The notes below the pieces were generated by a model. The model ran no database searches, had not been told where the DNA came from, and saw nothing but the letters and a program-made list of their open reading frames with translations. A program made the position numbers and the translations under genes. From Tubiluchus corallicola (taxonomy: Eukaryota > Animalia > Priapulida), in the NCBI GenBank assembly GCA_030141605.1, contig JAQGDQ010000343.1, positions 1 through 64,000 on the forward strand: a DNA stretch of 64,000 bases, given 5' to 3'. Shown here piece by piece: positions 33,863-46,927 of the stretch. Position 1 is the first letter of the stretch. Every line of letters begins with the position of its first letter.

Positions 33863-36655
33863 ATAATAGGATCGATACTCTGTTGATTTGACTGACACAA
33901 CTTGCGCACACGCCACTCAAACACTACAATTGGAACAGGTCAACAAAGAAGTATATGTTATTCGTATACAAATACACAAGAAATCTATTACATAGGCTTA
34001 TGAAGCCATAAAATTATAATATTTCTCCACGACATACAACATTGTACACTTATATTTGAATAAAAATTTGATCCCCTGGAAATGCTTTAATTCGTACGCA
34101 TGAATATATTAGCTTAGAAATGCAGTAATACTAACAGATGCATTGCAATAAAAATCTGCCAACCGGACTCACTTGGGAAAAGATCTTATTATGGTTATCA
34201 CTGCATTATGCCATTTGATAAACAGAATAATGTTGAAAATAAAAAGCGATTACGAAAATGCTTTAGGGGCACTTCATAGTATAATTGATCAACATGATGA
34301 CTATGTTACGGCAGGTGATGTGAAAGCTAACATAACCTTCTGCAGCAGTAAACCGAAAGCATTGAACGAAAATGATCGTGTGAGATAAACATGAATCCAA
34401 TTGTATTAAAAAGTGTACATATTCAAAAATGTATCTAATTGTGTACATATTCAAAAATGTTGAGAATAGAGTAACAGATAGGCCTATAACATGACTCCTG
34501 TCTAGCAAAGACAAGTGGCATGCTACTGAAATATACATAATCGTGTAGTATTTAAATTGTATTTACTCACTAACCGTACGTGATCTATCATATTTATGGA
34601 AATTTTAGTTTAACAGAAAGAAACTTATTACCACAAAGGCCACGAAAAGCATCATAATTTTTGCTGTACACTTACACATTTGAACAATGATAAGTTTGTG
34701 CATTGTTCATACGATTTTCAACAGAAACTTGTAAGTTCTAAATGCAAACAATGCAGTTATCAACAATCAAGAAAAATGGCTACGCAAATAACACAAGTCA
34801 AACGTGGCAATGCAACAATTAAATCAGAAGAAAAAAATCCTTGCTAAAGAATTTACAACGTAAATAAGACAATGTGCAATCAGTGTGAGACAAGCTAGAA
34901 AAGTAAACACACATGTAAATGAAAGAAAGTAAGGCCATAGTGGCCCATAGATATTTAAATTAGTTACAAAAGTCTGTCACATCAGCAAAGGAGCCATTTG
35001 CAACTAATCAAGTAAAACAGGAAACTGCAACAGTAAATGAAATAAAAGTTAGAACTTAAAACTGTGAACATTACAAAACCAGGGAAGGTTTCCGCATAAG
35101 AGAAGGCCTGGCACGGGCAGCTGTTGTCTATTTTATTGTCTATTTTAAATGATAATACAAGCATAACAACAATGGGAAAGAATCGTATAGTCGTTAATTC
35201 AGTAAAGTTTAAGAGTATTGCTAGTTTTAATGAAACTGATTTTATGTGCTGTGAACTCTTTTGGACACTTAATGGTGAATGGACAATACAGGCCTTTTGT
35301 GATAACGAAGTGAAAGAGATCATAATAATGCACAGATGCTAGATCTCGTAATCAATTAAATGTATATTGTTTGACTTTTTGTACACAGACACTACTTATA
35401 AATGCTAATTACTAATCAATATAATTTATATTAAATATTGTACAGATAAACCATCTTAAGATTGCAGTTGTGTAAAATGTAACATCGCCCTTTTGCAAAA
35501 GCCATCAACACAATAGATCAAGAAATATTTTTTGTAAAATATTCCATTGTAGCAGTTGTTCTGTGGTAAAAAATACCGCTGAATTCATTTCTGCTATGCA
35601 TTTTGGTCTGTGAGGGTCAGAAATAGGCTAATACTTATTTTCGTTACTCGAACTAGTGAAATGTTGATTCTTTTCTGTTTTTGTTTTGAAGTATAACTAA
35701 CTACCATTGCTGCACGTCAAATATTTTTCTATATTTTAAAAAAGCAATTGAAGCGCTACAAAAAAGTCAGTTCGTTTTTTAGTTTTCATGATATGACCAT
35801 TTAAAAATGGGCTGGTACAAATATGCAAAGTTTTGTGCTAAAAAATTGTGCATGAAAGGGTTAATGGCCAGTCGTCATTAGCACGAGCTTCTCGTTCACA
35901 AGCTTCGAACTTAATTAAAGGACAAGAAAATGGCTAACCAAAGTAAGCCTCAGAAAATTCGGAATAAAAAATTATATCACCTAAGTATAATCTTAAGCGA
36001 GTGAAGTACTCGCGTTTTCGCATTTACTCCAATTTCTATATATTTCAACCGCTGTGCAGTAAACGTCGGCGCTGACATGTTTCATTTAGTCCACCAATTG
36101 AAAAGCCAGCATGTGACTGATCACGTGGTATGACATCACTCGAACACAGTCGCAGTGAGTTCTGAGCACGTGTACTACAAAGATTTGTGTTGTGGATCTG
36201 TGACGCCATCTAATATGGCGCCGCCGTGACAGTCTCGCGGGAGTATTTAAAATGAAAACAAACATGAAACTCTTTTAACGTGAGTATGATGAACGCTTAA
36301 GATTGCTTCTAACCGTTACAATTCTTTCTGAGTCTGAGACTTGCTTTAACTAGGCTTTTTTCTTGTACTTTAATGAGCCATTCCTTAAACAAAACGAATT
36401 TGCTATTAGAGAGAAAACTCGCCATCTGAACGAGCTTCGTTAGTGACACACGTCTCGAGTGTGAGTTAATGATTCTAGTCTGTTTCCGTGATTAAAAAAA
36501 TTAATGTCACTATTGCGATTTAGTTCTACATTCTTTCGTTCGTTTCTGTTCTCAACAAAGTTTTTCTGCTCATAGACAACTGCCAATAATCAACGTAAAA
36601 TGAAAAAAAAATAATCACATTGTGCTAACATCCTTTTTTGACGAAACTTTAGGTT

Positions 36656-36659
<4 letters not shown>

Positions 36660-36703
<44 letters not shown>

Positions 36704-36765
36704 TGTGTGTGTGAATGTGTGCGTGCGTGTGTGTGTGTGTGTGTGTGTGTGAATGTGTGTGTATG
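36660..36765. repeat. (GT)n microsatellite
   Basis: Read directly from the sequence. Confidence 0.95.
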
Positions 36766-36843
36766 TAGTTGACACAATGCCCAGAGCTACGTGTCTAGAA
36801 AATAGGATTACTCGCTAACCAACTTTCCTTGAAGCTGTGTAGA

Positions 36844-37848
36844 TTACCAGCTAAATGTTCGATTTGCAATTTCGTACAACTGTACATTATACGGTTGAAA
36901 AATGTCTTTTAGTCGTTTCTCCAGTTCTTCCGGCACTTCCGGATGCTTTCTTCCTTTATTCTTCCCCAAACAAGTGACTTCCGTACTAAACGTTTTTTCG
37001 GTTCTTTCATGAAAACAATAAAATCCTTTATCTTCTCTGTAGACAAACGCATCTTCAGGTATCAAATGATCCAAGTTCAGAAAAGTTTCAACTTTTCTTA
37101 GTTCACTTATTGGGTTCTCGACTAACTCGTCTCCTGATACAATGTGAAGTTGCTCTCTAGGAAAAACCTTCAACCACTTTTTAATATAAGTCACATACTT
37201 TCCTTCATCTACGGGATTTGGCTCAGCTTCAGAAGTTATAAATTCTACAAATGTTTGGTTTTTCAATCTTCCACGTTCTAAGAAAAGTGACACCGTCCTT
37301 TGAAAGGGCTCCCGAACTAAGACGAGAATTTTGGCCCGCGGAAGATCCTTTTTTATCTTTTCTGCCACACCTGCAGTAATTATATATTTCGGACTTTTTT
37401 CTATAGTAATTTGGTTTCTCGTTGAGCATGGCATGGCTTCTTTATACCATTTTAAACCTCTGTCATAATGAAAGTTAAAGTAATCAACCTCTACCGGTTG
37501 CCAATCTCGGACAGCTATTTCAGGATGCAGTTTCAACATGCTCAACAGGGCAAAGGTTCCACATTTTCGAAATCCGATTATAATACACTGAGGTAGTCTT
37601 TGCTGAGTGTCAAGTTTGCACCTGCGTCTCTTACCTTTATACTCAACATATCCTTCCTTGATGATTGAAGGAAAGTTTTCTGAAACCTCAGATGAACTTG
37701 TACCAATTTTTTTCGTGCCATTTTTGACCGTGTTTGACTCTTGAGCCAAAAACCACAAAGACTTAAGAAACAAAATGCAACAGAATACCATCACTATCAC
37801 GGCTGGTGCTTTTCTTGCTAAAGATCTAACACTAAAACATTGAAACAT
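36844..37848 (-). CDS. HS3ST: Heparan sulfate glucosamine 3-O-sulfotransferase-like, paralog A (334 aa, single exon)
   Basis: N-terminal signal anchor; RLPQCIIIGFRKCGT (5'-PSB), ITIEKSP, VLVREPFQRTVS (3'-PB), KGFYC..CLGKNKGRKHP. Confidence 0.92.
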   Translation of the reverse strand: MFQCFSVRSLARKAPAVIVMVFCCILFLKSLWFLAQESNTVKNGTKKIGTSSSEVSENFPSIIKEGYVEYKGKRRRCKLDTQQRLPQCIIIGFRKCGTFALLSMLKLHPEIAVRDWQPVEVDYFNFHYDRGLKWYKEAMPCSTRNQITIEKSPKYIITAGVAEKIKKDLPRAKILVLVREPFQRTVSLFLERGRLKNQTFVEFITSEAEPNPVDEGKYVTYIKKWLKVFPREQLHIVSGDELVENPISELRKVETFLNLDHLIPEDAFVYREDKGFYCFHERTEKTFSTEVTCLGKNKGRKHPEVPEELEKRLKDIFQPYNVQLYEIANRTFSW

Positions 37849-38568
37849 CGTGAAATATTTCTTGTTAGGTGACGTTTATGCAACTCAGTTTTTGAGACGT
37901 ACTTCGAAACAAGCAAATATGAAATCGTCCCCTCTAGCTATGTAACAGGTCACCATGACTACAACCATGCAAAACTGAGTCACACAAAATCTGCTATGAT
38001 TTTAATTCTCACAGCCCTTGTTTACATGACATTCAATATGGCTAGCTAATAACATAAACTAAATTTTGGCATTACCTATTGTTTGCAAAGGGCTGTATTT
38101 TCAAACATGAAAATAATTTTTGCTGCTTGTGCATATTATGCATCGGCTGTCAGTGGCGTTGCCAAGTTGAGGTAGCAAGGCCTAGTCGAGGGGAACACGA
38201 TATTTCAGAACGTGTCAGTGACAAATTATTTATTTAAAAATGGTGCAATGGTGCATAAAGTTTTCACAATTTACATAAATGTTGATTATAACGTGTTGAA
38301 ATTTTCTTTTACTGTACAGCGCGTCAATTATAATATTTTATCTTACAGTAATGATGTCAGCCGATGTTGGGAGTTATTTTAAGTGAATAAATATTGAACG
38401 GAAATTCTAGCTTTTGTTAAACACTGATTCTAACTACGTAAATGTTAACGTACTTTCTGATTTATTAACAGCATAGCTTTCATTTATCAGGCGTCAGGAT
38501 TGTAAAAACATGGATAGAAAGCTGAAAAAAAGTCATTTTTGTGCAACATTAGCCCATTTTACCCTATA

Positions 38569-38868
38569 CATAGACATAGACATAGACATAGACATAGACA
38601 TAGACATAGACATAGACATAGACATAGACATAGACATAGACATAGACATAGACATAGACATAGACATAGACATAGACATAGACATAGACATAGACATAGA
38701 CATAGACATAGACATAGACATAGACATAGACATAGACATAGACATAGACATAGACATAGACATAGACATAGACATAGACATAGACATAGACATAGACATA
38801 GACATAGACATAGACATAGACATAGACATAGACATAGACATAGACATAGACATAGACATAGACATAGA
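38569..38868. repeat. (CATAGA)n microsatellite, about 50 perfect copies
   Basis: Read directly; abuts a minus-strand AATAAA (38872-38877). Confidence 0.98.
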
Positions 38869-39250
38869 ACATTTATTTTCTCCAATTAGTTTGACATAAA
38901 AAGTTTTTTAAATATTACGTAATTATAATCGTGGAGCAGGGCAGGGAAGGACCATAGGGTCATCTAATCTCCTGCCCTTTCTTTTAAATAGATTAGTATA
39001 TTAAAAATTAACGGTGATGCTGCAGATAACAAAAACAAAAACAAATAAGAAAAAATAATAATAAAAACAGTATAGATGATACAAATTATCCAAAAAAGAA
39101 CTGAAAACAAAAAATAATAAAGTTAGATCTAAACAAAACAATACAATTATTCAGCAATTAGGATTATCATATGTAATAGTTTCAAATGGTGTGTTATTAA
39201 CAGGGGAATTTGACCAAGATAAGTGAGTAAAGTTAAAAAACTGAGAGTAT
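38869..39250 (-). mobile_element. LINE (CR1/L2-like) 3' end with stem-loop, AATAAA and hexamer tail
   Basis: Stem agggcagg/cctgccct with inner gacc-atag-ggtc at 38938-38978, then AATAAA and (TCTATG)n on the minus strand. Confidence 0.55.
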
Positions 39251-39438
39251 GGAAAGATAAAATAAGTATCAAAAAAGTGTAATATAGAAAAATTTAAGAG
39301 AAAAAGTAAGTATGAGAAAGAGCAACAATTACTTAGGAGATGAGGAGAAAAAAGAAAAAATACCTATCTGATCAAGAAGTACACATGATTTGGAAGCAGG
39401 GTTAATTCAAAGTCAATTTTTGAAGAAAGTCACCATGG

Positions 39439-40458
39439 TTACCAATGAAATGATCGGTTTGCTATTTTGTACAACTGTTCATTATACGGCTGAAAAATTT
39501 GTTTTAGTCGTTTCTCCAGTTCTTCCGGCACTTCCGGATGTTTTCTTCCTTTACTCTTTCCCAAACAAGTGACTTCTTTACTAAATGTTTTGTTTGTCAT
39601 TTCATGGAAACAATAAAATCCTTTATCTTCTCTGTAGACAAATGCATCTTCAGGTATCAAATGGTCCAAGTTTAGAAAAGTTTCAACTTTTCTTAGTTCA
39701 CTTATTGGGTTCTCGACTAACTCGTCCCCAGAGACAATGTGAAATTGCTTTTTAGGAAAAACTTTCAACCACTTTTCAATATAAGTCACATATTTTCCTT
39801 CCTGTAAGGGATTAGGAGACCCACGGGAGTTTATATACTGCTCAAACGTTTGGTTTTTCCGTTTTCCGAATGCTAGGAAAGCCGAAACAGTTCTTTGAAA
39901 AGGCTCTCGAACTACAACGAGAATTTTAGCACCGGGGAGCAGCGTTTTTATTCTTTCTGGAACTCTTGGGCTGAAAACATATGTTGGACTTTTTTCTATG
40001 GTAATTTGGTTGCTCGTCGAACACGGCATGGCGTCCTTGTACCATTTCAAACCTTTACGATTTTTGTAGTTAAAATAATGCACCTCTATCGGAAACCAAT
40101 CTCGAACAGCTATGTGAGGATGCATTTTCAACATGCTCAACAGGGCTAAAGTCCCACATTTTCGAAATCCGATTATAATACACTGGGGTAGTCGGCGCCG
40201 AGTACCAGGTGCACAATCAGTTCTTTCACTTTTATACTCCACATACTCTCTCTGCACAGTCACGGTAGAATTCGTAATACTTTTCGTCCAAACCTTTTCG
40301 GAGAATACGTTTAGCTCTTGAGGGAGACGTTTCACAGACAACCAGTAAGTTTTAGCAAGAAAAACGCAACAGGATATTATCAATATCGCAAATGCTACTC
40401 TTGTTGCAAAGGCAGTAACACTCTTCAGATACATTCTAACTTCAAAACGTTGAAACAT
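39439..40458 (-). CDS. HS3ST: Heparan sulfate glucosamine 3-O-sulfotransferase-like, paralog B (339 aa, single exon)
   Basis: Same motif set: IIGFRKCGTLALL, EVHYFN, EKSP, VVREPFQRTVS, CLGKSKGRKHP. Confidence 0.92.
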   Translation of the reverse strand: MFQRFEVRMYLKSVTAFATRVAFAILIISCCVFLAKTYWLSVKRLPQELNVFSEKVWTKSITNSTVTVQREYVEYKSERTDCAPGTRRRLPQCIIIGFRKCGTLALLSMLKMHPHIAVRDWFPIEVHYFNYKNRKGLKWYKDAMPCSTSNQITIEKSPTYVFSPRVPERIKTLLPGAKILVVVREPFQRTVSAFLAFGKRKNQTFEQYINSRGSPNPLQEGKYVTYIEKWLKVFPKKQFHIVSGDELVENPISELRKVETFLNLDHLIPEDAFVYREDKGFYCFHEMTNKTFSKEVTCLGKSKGRKHPEVPEELEKRLKQIFQPYNEQLYKIANRSFHW

Positions 40459-41033
40459 TCTACATATCGATCTGTCACTTCAGTAAAACTTTTCTAAATA
40501 ATTACTACTGCCGTGCAACCAATGAGCAGCATAGCAACCTTGGATGCATGATAACCACGATATGGTCGCCTCCAGCTAAAACAGTTCAACAATATGCATT
40601 GATCAGAGTCTTAGCTATTATTACATTGCGATTGTAGCCCATGCTTGAGAGAATGTTATTCACGGAACCGTTAAATTCGTCTTTAACCTTGAAACATCCG
40701 TAGAATACTATCACTTGTCAAATGTATAAATAGTGTAAATGTAATGAGTGAAATTTATGTAATGTAAAGCATGTTTCTGTTAATTGTGTCATGTCAAATG
40801 TATATATAGTGTAAAATATGTCATGTAAAATTTAATGTACTTTTGTAATATTGTTTTGTAAAAATATTTTAATATGGTGTTTGTAAATATGTTCATTTAT
40901 TGTATATAATTAGGCTTTAGTTTTGCACTTAAGTTTTTTAGTCAGCACTGGACGCATTTGTCTTGAACAGTGTTGTTGTTTTAACATTACACTGATGCTT
41001 AATGAGTGAACCATTTTAATGACAAATAAAGAA

Positions 41034-41070
<37 letters not shown>

Positions 41071-41149
41071 CTACAGGCCTATGTAGTTAATAAATGGTAA
41101 GGCCAGGTTATAATGTTTAATAATATAATCAATATATATATATATACTT

Positions 41150-41690
41150 TAAAGTAAAAAATTATACTTCTGGTGAAGATTGAGAGTGCGCTAGTTTTTC
41201 TTTCAACAAAAATGACGTCATTGGTGGAAGCCTCTATATATATAGGCTACTTGCATTATGCGGAAAGTTGAGCGGGAAAATTCCCCAAATTATTTTCCCG
41301 TCAAAATATTTGCAGAACCAAAATTGAATGATTGTGAGTTAAAGGAAAGGCTACTTATGGAAAGTTGGGCTTATTTCTATGTATGCAAAAATTTTAGGAG
41401 GACATAGTAATAAACCTGCAACAAACGTCTATTAGTAAAATCACTTTAAAGCCGCGATCACTTCATGCCTGCGTGCTCCTCTTTCTAATGCCCATTCTTC
41501 CACCAATGACGTCATTCGTTTTGAAAAAACTATCATACAGTCAATCTTCATCAAAACTATAAGTTTTTACAAAAAAAATTTGATGGCTAATTTTGTAATA
41601 ATTTTGCGTGAACATTAGGTAAGCTGCAGAAGTTTGAATTAGTTCAAGCAGCCCGTACTTACGGAAAGCCACGATGTATTTACGAAAAGT
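41150..41690. mobile_element. Non-autonomous DNA-transposon relic with ~80-bp inverted arms; related copy at about 5150-5350
   Basis: tgaagattga..tgacgtcattggtggaag (41150-41230) is inverted at 41497-41570. aagctgcagaagtt..cacgatgt is shared with 5290-5348. Confidence 0.55.
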
Positions 41691-42717
41691 CACGAAAATT
41701 CTTTTTAAATTGCACCAGTTTTTCCCAGAAAACTTAGAAATATATTTGTGTTTAATTGTTTAATAGCAATGTGAACAATACAAATTATTTCATGATTAAA
41801 ATATTACTTAATAATTATCTAATTATTAAAACAGATACAAAACTAATTCTGAAATTTTTTTGAGGCCCCGGGCAGATTGTGAGGCCCTAAGCTGTAGACC
41901 GCAGTTAAGCAGCATACAGTCTTACAGTAAATGAACGGTAGCACAGTTGCGTGATCTTTTGAAAGACATTGTGTGCGCCTACATACCGGTCTCGCCACAA
42001 GCATTTTCACTAAGTAGGCACCGTCTTTGAATGCTAACATTCGGCTTACTGAATACAGAACTGAACACCAGAACTGCTATGACAGTATAAAAAGATTATT
42101 ATTAATATTCAAGAATTAAATGATTTTTCAGATCCAAACTTTCACTGCATTAACTTTCTTTTTATTTTTCTGCGAGTAAAGAAATAAATAGGCAAGATGA
42201 TTTGCTCACAGAAATAAAAGTTATAACTCACACGTTAATTTAATCATTGTTTTCAAAAGCATTATTAAAAAAAGTAATTAAGGCCAGTGTGAACCTGACT
42301 TAATAAATTTTAATTTTGTAGCCAAGGTGGCTCCATCTAGCTGGAAATTTTAAAGTGTGGGCTTTGACCCAGTTATGTTGCCATTATGCTGTTCTGTCTT
42401 GTGCAAGCCAGGGAAATTTATCATTAGAAATATGCAGCAACGATGTAAGTTTATTTTTATTTAATTTGATTTATTCATTGATATTTTTGATCGATTGATT
42501 AACTGTTAATTTATCTAACTAAACTATGTAACTTTTCATAAAATTAGCCAATATCAGTTGATTTTACTTTTCTATTTTAGTTTTTTAATATTGCAGAAAT
42601 CAGATCAGTAGTTTACGTGATATTCAACTGAGACTTTTGAAGACTTGTCATAAATGCCTCTCAGACACACCAACAGTTCATGTTTTAAAGCAAATATAGA
42701 ATTTATTATCACTAATT

Positions 42718-42870
42718 CGACCACCATCACCACCACAATTAACACCAGCACCGCAACCACCCTCACCGCCACTGTGACACACAGCCATGCCACTGCCACT
42801 GCTACCACAACCACAACCACCAGCATCAACACCAGTACCACTACCAGCACCACCACCAGCACTACCACAA
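42718..42870. repeat. Degenerate (ACC)n / CAC-rich low-complexity tract
   Basis: Read directly from the sequence. Confidence 0.85.
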
Positions 42871-42999
42871 GGCATTCTACACAAAACAAGTGCTATGATA
42901 TTATATAGATCTATTTTTCAGATTGAAGTTTTCCATTGTATTATCAACAAGTTGTCATTTTGCATTTCATTTACTTGGATATTGGACACTTGAGACTTG

Positions 43000-43322
43000 A
43001 CATTGGATTACGGCATTAGGCTACGGCACTGGACAATGGCATTGAACTACGGCACTGGACAACAGCATTAGACTACGGCACTGGACAACGGCATTAGACT
43101 ACAGCACTGGACAATGGCATTAGACTACGGCATTGGACTACGGCATTAGACTACGGCACTGGACAATGGCATTGAACTACGGCAACTGAACTATGGCATT
43201 AGACTACAGCATTGAACTACAGCAACCGAACTACGGCATTGGACTAGGGTATTGGACTACGGCAACTTGACTAGGGCAGTAGACTATGACAACTTGATTA
43301 CGGCATTGGACTACGACAACTT
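43000..43322. repeat. 13-bp minisatellite (cattggactacgg variants) with partial 26-bp dimer structure
   Basis: Alternating cattagactacgg / cactggacaatgg units. Confidence 0.9.
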
Positions 43323-43892
43323 GCTGGATATTTCAGTCGAAGCGTCTGTAATGTTTATGATAATGAAGCTGTCTCGTTTATTGTGTTAATTTTTTATACA
43401 GCGGCGTAAGATGATCCAAAGTATACTCTTAAGACATTAGTTGTGCATTTGCATGTTTGTGCAAATTTTAACTGTTCTATTTGTTAACAATGTTAAATGT
43501 AGATGGCACTTGGATGCCATATTCTAAAAACAATAGTCAGGTCGTCTGTCATGTACACCAGTGGAACAACTCATCATAATCTGATGTTATGTTAATTAAA
43601 ATATAATTTAACCTGTCAGTTTAATAGGTTTTGTTCTCTGAGTTACGCATTTGACATTATAAACTACAAACATGCAGTACACTAACAAGTGTTTAGCTTG
43701 AAATACAATCACAATTTGTCATTTACCCCTGAATTGTAAGAAAAAACTCTGTAATTTGCATCCAAACATAGTTTGGTTTATTTAGTTTAAAGTGTTGTGC
43801 TATTAAACTCGTTGAGTAAGTCAGCAGCCTGGTCTGCCTATAATGCCTATTGGTAAAGCCAGTCCCTGGTTGGATAACACTCTTAGTATCAT

Positions 43893-44262
43893 GTTGGTTG
43901 GCATCCTTCTGTCTCGGAAGACAATGGAGTGTGCGCCAAGAGAGTCAGTTATTGATCACATTGATGGAGCTGCAGCGTCGACTGTGGCTGAGCTGTCCGA
44001 TCCTTGAACGTCTCCAGGGCGCACGCCTCGGCAAGGTGTATGGAGATCCTGAGTTGCCCAGACAACAGGAACCCCCTCTCTTCCTCCCTGGTGTAGTCCA
44101 AAGGAAAGCGGAGCGATACGTTTGGCACCAGGTTGGCTGCAGGAGCTGCCGGAGTCAGTGAGCATGCTGCACTGGTACACCTTCGGGGCTCCACTCCTGA
44201 TTTGGAAGTTTACTCCTCTACACATGGCCGTTGGGTCACTTGACCGCCTACGCCCTCTAGCC
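43893..44262 (-). mobile_element. GC-rich retroposon 3' fragment; inverted copy at 62225-62590
   Basis: About 365 bp is nearly identical in reverse complement to 62225-62590, which ends in (CAA)n. The acaccttgccc..ALETFKDR stretch resembles a LINE ORF2 terminus. Confidence 0.7.
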
Positions 44263-44431
44263 TTGGCTGCATGTACAGCTCCTCCATCTAGTGTCGAGAT
44301 ACAGTGTCGAGATCTTAGTATCATGTACTGCTTATCATTATAAACATTTATATGGAGATATCTTTTTGTCATGCTGTTTCTCTTGCAATCTATAGCTCTA
44401 TAGAATAAATACTCTTTTTGGTTATTAAATA

Positions 44432-45967
44432 TTACTTCATTGGAACAACTTCATTTTTCTTTGAAAATTTACAGCAAACAGTCGCACATAAACCTCCCAG
44501 CAAATCCAGCACTTCAGCAATTGATATTATAGACAAACCAAGGTAGAGACCCATAAGTCCTCCAACATCAGCAGCGAGGTCTATAAACTCATAAGCATAA
44601 GCTTCTGTGACTTCATTATAAGAAATGTCCTTTAGGAAAACTTCTACATCTGTCCAGGCTGATAAATCTAAAAGATGCAGAAAATCTTTGTATGCTGTGT
44701 GATTTAATATGGAATCATCCAGTGGCAATCCACCCACCAGATCGTCAATTGTCGGTGTTCCATTTCCGTCTGAACGCTCGTTCCACACGTCATAGATGGT
44801 TTTACACCAGTTGCAATCTATCAGCTGTTCAAGTGCCGAAATTACTTCTGACTCTGGTCTGCCTTTGGAAACGACCTCCTCTGCGATGTATCCTGCCAGT
44901 GTTGCTTTCCACAGTTTTTGTGGGGCAAAGGTCAAACCATCTTCTACAGTGGTGCTTGTTATACTGAGAATGATATTGTGACAACTTGGTGGGCAAAACC
45001 GGTCACATTTATCTAACATGTCAATGGTGTTTTCTGCAAAGCAGTTGTAATCCATTCTACAGTTTTCGTGATCAATTGACTTTTGCGATCTAATGCATCT
45101 TGACGAGTCAATGCAGTTGCATATGTCAATGACTTCTTCGCAATAACAGTCCTCCATGCATAATAAACGGTTATATGCAGTTCCGTCGTCACAGTAACTC
45201 TCGTCCCGTGAAATGCGACTTAACGAGTAGTTCTGAACTTCAAATCGTGTTAACGAATTTGCTTTTATTGGCCAAAACTCTTGTGCTTTGCGGTTTTTTT
45301 CATGTATTGATGCGTGTACATTACCATTCCAGTTTAACGACAAACTATCAAGAATACTTGTTTTCATTTGTATGCGTAACCCAAGTGTTGTGTCCTTGTT
45401 CAATGAATACACGTACCATTCTCTTTCATTTGCTTTTCCTGGCAACTCAAGCTCTACATCAATGCAAAGTCCTGCTCGCGTGTTACTAGACGGACTTACG
45501 CTTGACACGTAAAAGGCACAAGGTTTATTTTTGTACTCTACAAGGTGCATATTGCAAAAAAAGTTCGAAGTGTTATAAAACACAGGAAAGTTGTGATCAG
45601 ATGCCGATACTAAAGCTTCATCCACTCCTCCTCCTTTGCTCAGCATAGATTCAAATTGCTTGGCATCGTCAGACTGACTTGTCAGCAGTGATAAAACGCC
45701 TCGTAGTTGCAATGGATATCCCATGCAGATGGTCAGTGTCGGAAACTCGAAATCTTCCTTGTATTGCACTTTAGTCACAGACTTTATAGGCCGGGAAAAG
45801 TACAAAATCGTCCTGTCAGTTACTTGTATAACAGCTCCAGTTAAAACGGCAAGAAAAAGGATAACCCAAAAGATCTTTTTCGCCAAATGTTGCGATCTGG
45901 CAATGTTTCCCACGCCATGAAGTGATGCATTTTCCGCCCAATTACCAATCTGCTCTCGCAGTCGCAT
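44432..45967 (-). CDS. DEG/ENaC (ASIC/FaNaC-like) amiloride-sensitive channel subunit, 511 aa, intronless
   Basis: Pre-TM1 SLHG motif, TM1 (IFWVILFLAVLTGAVI), FPTLTIC, Cys-rich thumb (CMEDCYC..CNC..C..CPPSC), TM2 LAADVGGLMGLYLGLSIISIAE. Confidence 0.93.
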   Translation of the reverse strand: MRLREQIGNWAENASLHGVGNIARSQHLAKKIFWVILFLAVLTGAVIQVTDRTILYFSRPIKSVTKVQYKEDFEFPTLTICMGYPLQLRGVLSLLTSQSDDAKQFESMLSKGGGVDEALVSASDHNFPVFYNTSNFFCNMHLVEYKNKPCAFYVSSVSPSSNTRAGLCIDVELELPGKANEREWYVYSLNKDTTLGLRIQMKTSILDSLSLNWNGNVHASIHEKNRKAQEFWPIKANSLTRFEVQNYSLSRISRDESYCDDGTAYNRLLCMEDCYCEEVIDICNCIDSSRCIRSQKSIDHENCRMDYNCFAENTIDMLDKCDRFCPPSCHNIILSITSTTVEDGLTFAPQKLWKATLAGYIAEEVVSKGRPESEVISALEQLIDCNWCKTIYDVWNERSDGNGTPTIDDLVGGLPLDDSILNHTAYKDFLHLLDLSAWTDVEVFLKDISYNEVTEAYAYEFIDLAADVGGLMGLYLGLSIISIAEVLDLLGGLCATVCCKFSKKNEVVPMK

Positions 45968-46927
45968 TTCAGTCTTCAGTACCTTTACATCATCTAATAA
46001 ACGTCACAGCAAACACTTGATTTTTTCCAGCTTTGACCAGTTTTGATGTGTCACCACGAAATGAAAATCTATGGCTTTCTCACTGAAGCTCTCCTAGAAT
46101 CTTTCCTTAGTAACAGTGTTTATAAATATGCGTTACCATCACGTGAGTTTAGATGCATCGCCACGGAATAAAAGGTCTCTGGCAATGTCGCTGAGTAATC
46201 CTTCCTGGGGGAATCTTTCCTTAGTAACTGTCGCTGCGATATCTACGCAGAAATGTAATAAAAACTAACCATAATTGCATTGTGTATGTTACGGGCAAAT
46301 CACCCATATAATTTGTTTTTTTCCCGCATGAGGGAGCCACAAACTAAAGGGGACAAGTGGGCAATTGCTGGCAGACTTGATGGGTTATTGCCGAGACTTA
46401 CTTGTAATTTGGAAAATGCAATTTTTTATGTTAGAAATTTAATGTCATGCTTCAACCATAAACAGTGTGCGCTCTCTACCCGAATGAAGTAAGTGATTTT
46501 TGTAAATCTAAGTTTATTAATTAGATAGCAATTTTCTATGTATTTTTTTTGTTCAAATTTCAGTATTTTTGTTCAAATTGCATTACTGCAAATTTTATGT
46601 ATTCTTTTGTTTTTTCTCCTTTAGAAAATAAAGACTACAGTAAACATCTTATGAAAGGAACTGTCGTGTTTTGCTGTGTTAACAGTGTATAATTAAAGAC
46701 CATGGTCTGACAATTGTGCTGTTGCCGTGCAATATTTTACATGGCATGATTTATAGCATTTATGTTTGGAGTTCTATATTGCAGTTCTATTCTAATATTC
46801 CTTTTTAATTGATAATGATGATTGATGATGACGATGATAATGATTGATGATGATCATGATGATCATGATGGTGATGGTGATGATGATGATGATTGATGAT
46901 GATGATTGATGATGATGATTGTGGTGG

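Noticed and set aside
43850-44372. Overlapping ORFs in the GC-rich repeat (also 62290-62722)
   Set aside because: Multi-frame openness comes from GC content of a dispersed repeat; ORF limits differ between the copies.
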